Shown here one piece after another: positions 55,241-64,000 of a DNA stretch of 64,000 nucleotides. This DNA comes from Eledone cirrhosa (taxonomy: Eukaryota). Under the pieces are notes generated by a model. That model made no database searches, was not told the origin of the DNA, and was given only the letters and a program-made list of their open reading frames with translations. The position numbers were made by a program, and so were the translations under genes. The stretch is from NCBI GenBank assembly GCA_964016885.1, contig OZ024740.1, positions 357,554,001 to 357,618,000 of the forward strand, read 5' to 3'. Each line of letters opens with the position of its first letter. Within the stretch, counting starts at the first letter, position 1.

Positions 55241-55242
<2 letters not shown>
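54820..55242 (-). mobile_element. PLE-type palindromic insertion, family G (arms 54941-55070 and 55110-55242)
   Basis: Inverted repeat with hammerheads, tail about 54820-54940, (TA)n at the right end. Confidence 0.8.
54952..54996 (-). ncRNA. Type I hammerhead ribozyme, family G (U4C); mutated copy at 55187-55231 (+)
   Basis: GCU-CCGAUGA-UUCCAGA-CUUCCC-UCUGGAA-GAAAC-AAUU-GUC/AGC. Confidence 0.8.
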
Positions 55243-55332
<90 letters not shown>

Positions 55333-57034
55333 AAAGAAAAATAGATGAAATCGAAAATGCAACTGGAGTCTTATTTTTAAAAATATAGCTAAGTCGAGCC
55401 CCTTGGTTAATATGCAATGAAATAGTATCACTAGGTTTGGGAGTACAGGAGGAAAAATATACGACCACGGGCTCCTTCAATATCTGAAAATTGCTCAACT
55501 GAAAGTCGGTGGTTGAATGCATGCATGCCATTAGCGTAACTAGTGTGTGTGTCACCCGAAGCAGCCCTTGTGTTCGACGCCACTCGCTATATACTCAAAC
55601 ATACAATAGACTCAAAAGTGCCGTCCCCCATAAACGTGTCACCTGGGGTTGGTTTACCCACATCGCCCCTTATTACCTATCTACATTACTGATGCTGGCC
55701 GACAAATTTGGAAACCTCCCGACAAGAGACAAGGTCCTTGACATTGTCTTCGCTTAGCATCGAGTTGTCCCTGAGCTGATGTATCATCAACTACGTTCTA
55801 GCATTGACCACATTATCTTATTTTGAAACATATCAGAGCTAAATGTACATTATCCAGTGTATTTTGTATTGTTTAAGATTGTAGTTAGTGATTTACGGAG
55901 TCTTGGCTGCTATTTCTAACAAGTCAACTGACCACTTGTGGACTATCCTCTTTGACTCGGCGATGCTCCTGTTTTATCTGCTGGTGTATACAAAATATGT
56001 GTTGTTTCTATATAGGAACATACGTATCATGCCTTCCGCGATAAAAGATAAGAGAATACAGATGGCATGTATATATATTTAATAGAGCGCTGACTACCAG
56101 TCTAGTTTATACTCTATAATACATTAGATTAATGCTTTGAAAATGATGTTTCAAATATCCTTGTCGAACCTGCTGATATAATGTAGATATATTCGACCCA
56201 GACTAGCTTGATTTTTCCATATGCAGACTGTAATTCTCAAAATGCAATGCGAGATTTGATACGCATATTTTCATAGATATAATCATTGCTTTACATACAC
56301 TTTGATGGCTTAAATATTATCTTCTTATTAATCGTTTGCCTTGGCTTTCATTCTAAAACCAAACCTCTACTCAAGCTAACTGCTGCCGTATCCCTTTCTC
56401 CAGTGTGTCTTACTGGTGCAAGCATTGTGGAATTAATTACTGGCATAGAATTAAAGCTCATTTTCATATGCAGATCATCTATGAATAGTGAGGACAAATG
56501 GCTAAAGTATTGAGTTTGTGTGACTAGGGCATTGATTGCTAATCTCCCATTATGGTAGCTTCAAAGCCACTTTAGCAGTTTTCTTCGAATTCCCTTGTAT
56601 TCCTACTTGGTGTAAAATCCGTTGTAAAAAAACCTGTCGAAATCTTCAACCAAGCTCTGCCAAAATGTTTCATCACAACCATGAAGATACCTGCTCCCTG
56701 ACCTACACCAACTTAATTGTTCCGTGGCGTGGAAAGAATACCATATCTGTTGTGCTTTACTTTGACCAGAAACCGAACTGATAAATAGATAAATAAATTG
56801 ATCTTTTAGCAGATAGCTTTGCAATTATTTATGGACTGATGCTACTTATTACTTTTTGCTACTGGTACTGAGTAATAAAATACATCAATATCGTGGTGGA
56901 TCTGATCTGGAGTTCCTCTTATGAATAGGAATCAAGCGGTAATCTTCGTTTGGTTTGGAAGTACATTATGAGTAAAGCAATTGTTTAGTAGGCAACTCAA
57001 GAAACAAGCTAATTCCGTACAGCATTCCTTAAGG

Positions 57035-57200
57035 CAGGGTTTCTCAACCTTTTCAAACACGAAACCTTTTTTGGTTCAGAAACTTTTGGGAGAATTCCGA
57101 AGTCTAATACTGTTATATGGTCGTAATGTAAATATACGCCTCTACCTTTTTTCACGGAACCCCATACAATCCTTTGTGGAACCCACTTTGGGAACCACTG
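57035..57200. mobile_element. hAT-type MITE
   Basis: Terminal inverted repeats CAGGGTTTCTCAA / TTGGGAACCACTG. 8-bp TSD CCTTAAGG / CCTTAGGG. Confidence 0.75.
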
Positions 57201-57236
57201 CCTTAGGGATTCTGACGGAAATTTTACTACATATAA

Positions 57237-57304
<68 letters not shown>

Positions 57305-57317
57305 CAAAATAAAATGG

Positions 57318-57746
57318 TAGAATTGATTTCTCAAATCATTTAATAGCTTTACAGATACTTCAACACAAACTATTCAACAAATACTTTTGTTATTACAATA
57401 CAGTAAAACAAAAAGTGTACATCTTCAGATACCAGATAAATAACCACAAAATGACCTGGAAAACAACAATTCCAAAAGAAAAAGATTGTTGTGCTTACAT
57501 CTTCATTACTATATTGTAATAACATAAGTATTAGTTGAATAACTTGTGTTGAAGTATTTGTAAAGCCATTAAATAATTTGTGAAATCTATTTTATGTTAA
57601 TCTGTTGTATATATCCTATGATATTATGTGTCCCTTATTTCTTCATTTCTTTAACAACATCTCTGCTATATTTCTATCTTTAATGGCATAAACACATTGA
57701 GCTTGAAATACTAGTAATTGGCATTATTGATTCTTTTGGGTTAACT

Positions 57747-57749
<3 letters not shown>
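57318..57749 (+). repeat. Diverged inverted repeat (57318-57400 and 57512-57595) with a tail running to (TA)n
   Basis: CTTCAACACAA..TATTCAAC..ATACTT.TGTTATTACAATA pairs with the downstream segment. Confidence 0.6.
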
Positions 57750-57837
<88 letters not shown>

Positions 57838-57840
<3 letters not shown>

Positions 57841-58567
57841 TGGTAAACGGAATAGAAAATGCTGACAAATTGTTCACAGTTGAAAAATGGTTTAATTAGG
57901 AATAAAAGAGTATTAGTGATTGTATGGGTTAGTATTCAGTTGTGGTTTTAAGTTTTTAAGTTTTTACCGGTTGCGCATTTCTAAATGCTTTTCAAAAATA
58001 ATTTTGAGATAGAGTAAACACACATGCTCTATGGTGCAACACAAAAAAATATATGTGCATATATATGTGTATATATATGTATATATGTATATATATATAT
58101 ATATGTATATAGTGAATATATGTATGTGTGTATATATATATAGTGAATATCATTTCACACCTTTTATTGTTAAGATTTTTGATGTTCCATTAAGAGAACC
58201 GATTTTACTGAAAAAATCGAATAATGTACACCATTTTACCAGGGGGAAAAAAATACTGGTCCACCCACACACACACACACATATATATACACACACACAC
58301 ATACACACACGTACATCAACATACAAAGAGACTTATATACACACACACACACACACACACACGCACTTCTCCGTATAAGACAAAAGCTGAAAAATATCTT
58401 TTGACATGCTAAAATACCCCCCATTGCTTTCAGACACATTCTTACTGACCATCCCTGCCACCACGAATTACTCTGCTATACACACACACACACTTATCTC
58501 AATAGCCATTTGACACACATCGCTGCTAACCATTATCATAACATCGAACACCTTACTACTACTACTA

Positions 58568-58645
<78 letters not shown>

Positions 58646-59160
58646 TTGTTGTGAAAGAGTCATTTCTCAATCTCCGCGCAAAACCAATTTTTTATTCACA
58701 TGACCTCTACCGACCAATCAAAATTGTTTTGACCACAAGAATTGTTGCTGGAGCCACTTTTTTAACATAAAAACAGTCTTGGCGCAAAATCAATTTTTTA
58801 CACTCACATGACCTCTACCGACCAATCAAAATTGTTTTGACCACAAGAAATTTTGCAACACCAAAGTAACGCTGGAGCCACTTTTTTAACATAAAAACAG
58901 GTAGAATTCCCAAAACTAATCAGATCAGAGCAAACAGCACGGACACTCTATCTCAAAATTATTTTTGAAAAGCATTTAGAAATGCGCAACCGGTAAAAAC
59001 TTAAAAACTTAAAACCACAACTGAATACTAACCCATACAATCACTAATACTCTTTTATTCCTAATTAAACCATTTTTCAACTGTGAACAATTTGTCAGCA
59101 TTTTCTATTCCGTTTACCAATATATAATAACTTGTGTGTTACACCTCTATTCTTTTAACT
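57838..59160 (+). mobile_element. Inverted-repeat insertion (arms 57838-58015 and 58945-59123) with a 930-bp spacer
   Basis: Near-perfect 178-bp arms. The left arm starts in (TA)n. The spacer has a tandem duplication at 58676-58900. Confidence 0.7.
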
Positions 59161-59469
59161 ATATATATATATACATACACACACACATAATCGTTTAGCC
59201 AGTGGAGGGAAAACAAAAGCCATAACCCATTTCAGAGCTATCGAGAGCGGTGGAAGGTTTCCTCTGGTTGACCAGAGACTTAACCTAACTTTTGGTAAGA
59301 GAATAGACTTCGTTAAAACCACCCGTATATCAGGTTATATTAAACTGGGCGACGAATAAAGTCTCTCAGCCATGTATATAGATAAGATAATAGATAGGAT
59401 TACATATACATGGATTTCGTCTCGAGTCACTATTTCGTTTAATCAATGGGCTACACACATCTGTTCATA

Positions 59470-59700
59470 AAAATTAATGTGCAAGTGGATGAGCATTCCA
59501 CACACACACGTATACCCTTAACGTAATTCTCAGTGAGATTCAGCACGATACTGTGTGTGACAAAGCTGATTTTTTAAATTACTAGTACAACTCATTTTTA
59601 TCAGCTCAGTGGACTGAAGCAACGAGAAATAAAGTGTCTTGCTCAAGAACACAACGCGCCGTCAGGACTAAATGGAACACTCTAACTACTAAGCCATTCT
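59470..59700 (-). mobile_element. Second SINE family copy
   Basis: GTGGACTGAAGCAACGAGAAATAAAGTGTCTTGCTCAAGAACACAACGC resembles the CORE-type SINE domain (recognised from memory). Confidence 0.6.
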
Positions 59701-59950
59701 TGTTGTATACAACTGTAAGCTGCACCTACCCTGAGATATCTACCTGTACAATAGTTAGATACAACTGAGATGTCTACCTGTATTAGATTGGACGAGATAT
59801 CTACCTGTATTATAGTTAGATTGGACAAGAGATATCGATGTATTTGGATCATGGGTTTTAATGTTCATTGCAAGTGCAGAGAGTTGAATCAGCGTCGCTT
59901 TGATTGGTAATTTAACACACTAGCAGCTGCACCATCTGTCATGGCTCATG

Positions 59951-60010
<60 letters not shown>

Positions 60011-60067
60011 GATGGACCTGCTCATAAAATTGTTGAGTAAGTGATCTGAGAAATCCACAGATATGTG

Positions 60068-60451
60068 TACTCTCAGGTCTCAAATAATAGGGTGGGGTGG
60101 AATAATCGGGGGGGGGGGGGGGTCGGTAATTGTTCTAGGTTGTCTCCGTTGATTTTTTAAAAACCAGAATTAGTCTATTAGTTTACATATTGAGATTCCA
60201 ACCTATCCTATTTATTTTATAACGTGTGGGATTTCTAGTAATGTACTTTTTTGTTATGTATAATGCTTCTTTTTAATGTATAAAGAAAATTAATTGTCGC
60301 AGGAATGCAACTATTTAAAATAAAATTTCGCCGGAGATAGATTAGCAAAATTTAATAAACGGGAGGATTGGAATAAGACCGGATGGGGTGGAAAAAAATC
60401 TGAAAAATTAATAAGCGGGTTGCGGGGGTGATTATTCGGAACCCGAGGGTA
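60068..60451. mobile_element. MITE with TA target duplication (Tc1/mariner-type)
   Basis: Ends TA-CTCTCAGGTCTCAAATAAT / ATTATTCGGAACCCGAGGG-TA. Interrupts GTGTA|CCCTTA of a SINE remnant. Confidence 0.55.
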
Positions 60452-61189
60452 CCCTTATTCAAATCCCAACGAACTCATCTTTACCTTTTATCCATTTGAG
60501 TTATATAAATAAAGTACCAGTACTGTCCAGAAGCTGCGGACTGGCAGTATCTTATCTGGCCCTGTGCTTTCTGAGTTGTAATCTCACTTCTTCCTGCCAG
60601 GAGCTGTTACCGGCAGTTAGTATCAGCTTTGGAAAGGCAAATGGAAAAATTGCTGTTTCCTCGTCATATATTTGAGAGAGCTTCAACTGACTGCCGAATC
60701 GACTGGGTTGTGTTTGTTTCACTAGCGATTAAACCGCCTGAAGATCGAACTTTCATCACTAGCCCAACATTGCACTCATCAAGTCCATCCACTAAGCTAT
60801 AAATAGGTAAATGTATGAGGGTGGGGTTGTGTTTGTGTGCATATGTTTGCATGCGTATACAACTGAAGCCCGGTGGTTTTTCTACCTTATTTTATTACAA
60901 AACCCTTATACTATTCTCCTAAGGTTCCGGAACAATTTTACGATTTTCTCAAAACCGAGGAACCCTTATCTTTAATTTAGAAACAAGCCCTATCAACTTA
61001 TTTTGAATAAGACATTATATGAAAATGTTTTTAAAGTATTTATTCATAATAAAATCACAGGGTGCTTATAAACTTTTTTTCTTTTCATTTTGATGGATTT
61101 TAGTGCTTTGATATTATTATTCGATTTAATAAACTTTCCACTAACCCCAAAATTACTGGCCTATTAAATAAAAAAATAAACAAAAAGGG

Positions 61190-61350
61190 TGGTGGATTGG
61201 CAGTATAGGGAGAGGGTCAGACAACTTTCTTTGTGGCATATAGTTACGGTCCTTTCCTTTCTAAGATCAAATCCCGCCGAGGTTAGCTTTGCTTTTTATC
61301 CCTACTGGGTCGATAAAATAAAGTACCAGTAATGCGCTGTGGTCGATAAT
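61190..61350 (+). mobile_element. Family-S SINE
   Basis: GGATTGGCAGTATAGG...GATCAAATCCCGCCGAGG...GGTCGATAAAATAAAGTACCAG. Confidence 0.75.
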
Positions 61351-62069
61351 ATGTAAATGCACCCCACACATATACACACAGACATACATAATTTAGGGTG
61401 AATGTACACATATCTATGAGAAAGAGAGCAATGACAGGTAGCTGAATACCACAAGATTGATTAATACATACGAGCGTTTAGACAGTTATTCAAAGTGGGG
61501 CGTGGCATATGTATACGTGTGTGGGTGTGGGTACGTATGTATCTATGTATGCACACACACACGTATATTGATATGATACCTGTATATTCATGCATTGATA
61601 TTTGAATACTATATTAAAATTGGTGATTCGTGTATCTACATGAGCAGCTGTATACGTGTCTACGTTTAGCATAAGTGTATTGTTTTGTGTGTCTGATGTG
61701 CCCGAGGTTACAAACACATATTCATACACAGATATGCATGAATATGTGCAAATGTGTATGTGTGAAAGAGAGAAAGAGATAGGGGGTGAGGAAGAAAGAA
61801 GATAAAAGTAGGAGGAGAGGGGGTAGAAGGGAGAACAATTAAAAGTTGTTTTGTGTCACATTGAATAGGGTTTCCTAAGTTAGAAAGGTGCGGTCTGCTC
61901 TATAAGTAGTAATGTTCTATAATTTACTGAATTTTTTATGCGGCGGGAGGCTCTTTTTAAAAATACTCAAATATATTTCTAGGATAAAATTATATGAAAA
62001 GAAAAGAGCAAAGATTATTAAGCAACAAAAGAAAGAGAGAGGGGGAAGAAAAGGGGGTGATAGACACTA

Positions 62070-62895
62070 CACCTATGTCAGAACGGTGTTTCGGCTACGC
62101 CCCGCGGACAAAATGGCCAGGCATTTCTGCGAACAATGGCCAGGGACACCAGCTGCAACAGCCTCACCACCTCGCGGGGCTCCTTCCTCAGACGGGCTGC
62201 TGTCATTCCGATTTTACAGAGGAAGTCAGCTGTACGGAGTTCAAAGATGCCTCAGGGCTCGACGGCGACTGGTGCAACGAGGAAGCAGTCGCTCAAGCCC
62301 CAGTGTTTTCTCGTCTTCCTCTCCTCCGCATTACGGGCCGCGGTAACAAGGTTTGTAGCCGAAGCGACTAAGCTGGAGGCGGAGAATGTATCACAGCATA
62401 CCGCTTCCCAGATGGAAGATTTACCTCCATCGAATGGGAAGAGGATAATTCTGTCGGGACGTTTGCCGTCTCCGCGATCGAGGCTTGTTGGCTCCAGTAG
62501 TAACGGGAAGCCGGCTGCGTCTAGTATCCTTTTCATTATGTCGTTATGAGCGTCATGTCGGAGGAACTGGCCTGCACTCTGGCGGCATAATAAAGGGTGT
62601 ATGGCGGACTCCATAACGGCATTTGTGTGACTCACACACACGGATGCCGACTTGGGCCACTTCGATGTGCGTGCACACGCCATCAAGAAGGGTACGGTTG
62701 ATGAAGAGAGTACCAAATAGAGCCATGCGCCGCTGTTTGGCTGCGAAGCGGAACTGAGGCAGGCGACGCGGTATTGGTCCAAGCAAGACTCGATCCACCT
62801 GAAGGTAGATATGCACTTGATGTCGTCCCAGTTACGCTGGATATTTGTATACTGGGGACGAAGAGGCCTTCGCCGGTCCAGTGGGCCATTTAGAA
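62070..62895 (-). mobile_element. CRE-like LINE 3' fragment (restriction-like endonuclease)
   Basis: SGAWL, LRHDAHNDI, LEP..L.RGDGKRPD, AARNAEERK..K, PVAVE. Confidence 0.75.
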
Positions 62896-63180
62896 TACAG
62901 AACAATATGCTATGTATAATATATTATACATAGCATTACATGTATTCAATATATATATATATATATATATAGTATTACGGGTACTATTTATGGTTATGTA
63001 TGCAATAAAACCTTTGATGGTAATATATTATATATACACAAACCCTAAATATTGAGAGATAGTCTTTAATTACTATCCTATTACCAGTAAGATAAATAGC
63101 TCAATGTAATAACATCAGTTGTTATACAGAGCAGTTATATAGAGATTACAGTAATCAAAGTTCAGTTTAAGTCATTTATT

Positions 63181-63227
63181 TGCTTACAATTGTTTCCTCC
63201 AAACCGAGGTTTGGATTCTTCGGAGCA
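63181..63227 (-). ncRNA. Type I hammerhead ribozyme, family J (U4C)
   Basis: UGCU-CCGAAGA-A-UCCAAAC-CUCG-GUUUGGA-G-GAAAC-AAUU-GUA/AGCA. Confidence 0.8.
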
Positions 63228-63669
63228 GTTATTTATAACATACTTGACCTCCTTTTCAACCCAAGAGACACATAAAACATATGTGCATATTGATCAACAG
63301 TGGGGTGACATTCATCAAATGAAATAGCATGGCAATTTACATATAAAGTGTTACATGATAAAAATAAAAATAAAAATAAAGTGTTACATGATAAAAATAA
63401 AAATTAAAATAAAGTGTTACATGATAAAAATAAAAATAAAATAAAATAAAATAAAATAAAATAAAATAAAATAAAAGCTTTTATTTTATTTTATTTTTAT
63501 TTTTATCATGTAACACTTTATTTTTATTTTTATTTTTATCATGTAACACTTTATATGTAAATTGCCATGCTATTTCATTTGATGAATGTCACCCCACTGT
63601 TGATCAATATGCACATATGTTTTATGTGTCTCTTGGGTTGAAAAGGAGGTCAAGTATGTTATAAATAAC

Positions 63670-63716
63670 TCCTCCGAAGAATCCAAACCTCGGTTTGGAG
63701 GAAACAATTGTAAGCA
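63670..63716 (+). ncRNA. Hammerhead family J, second arm (one stem I mismatch)
   Basis: TCCT-CCGAAGA...GAAACAATTGTA-AGCA. Confidence 0.7.
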
Positions 63717-63751
63717 AATAAATGACTTAAACTGAACTTTGATTACTGTAA

Positions 63752-63795
<44 letters not shown>

Positions 63796-64000
63796 ACGTA
63801 TGTAGTATATTGATGTGTAATCGAAACAACACACGCCCACATTAGAATACATCGATTATATAGTCAAATCTTTAAACATTAAAAAAACCTATTTCATAAA
63901 ACTTAACGCATGTATGTATAAATGTATGCATGTGTGTGCGAGGGAATATATATGTGTGAATCAGTGCCGAAGGGTAACCTGGAAAGCAGAGCATGCAGTC

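Larger units (their letters stand above)
62973..63756 (-). mobile_element. PLE-type palindromic insertion, family J (arms 63141-63477 and 63478-63756, tail 62973-63140)
   Basis: Spacerless palindrome centred on AAGCTT, with microsatellite flanks. Confidence 0.85.

Noticed and set aside
59713-59830. Short ~30-35 bp tandem repeat as a functional array
   Set aside because: Three or four degenerate local copies; an ordinary minisatellite.

Overview
Eukaryotic, AT-rich, microsatellite-saturated DNA. The repeat content (tRNA-type SINEs, huge (TA)n/(TACA)n tracts) looks like an octopus/cephalopod genome; this is inference. Almost all ORF-track hits are microsatellite artefacts. The only supportable host coding sequence is a first exon of a calpain (46178-46399, +). 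The rest is retroelement debris: L1/Tx1-like, Dong/R4-like, Hero-like, CRE-like, RTE and CR1-like LINEs, SINEs, MITEs, and Penelope-like elements (PLEs), including a 5'-truncated but still open-frame RT+GIY-YIG element (38977-44434). The main result comes from reading both strands by eye. At least a dozen distinct sequence families of type I hammerhead ribozyme (about 20 complete or near-complete motifs plus several halves) sit in short insertions in (TA)n tracts. Most share one architecture with the coding PLE: an inverted arm, a sense arm and a 50-170 bp unique tail. They show palindromic stem III, recurrent non-canonical core bases and an AATAAA just after the predicted cleavage site. One has a 507-bp unit plus a partial repeat, as expected of a circular-RNA retrozyme. 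All folds are manual and untested.
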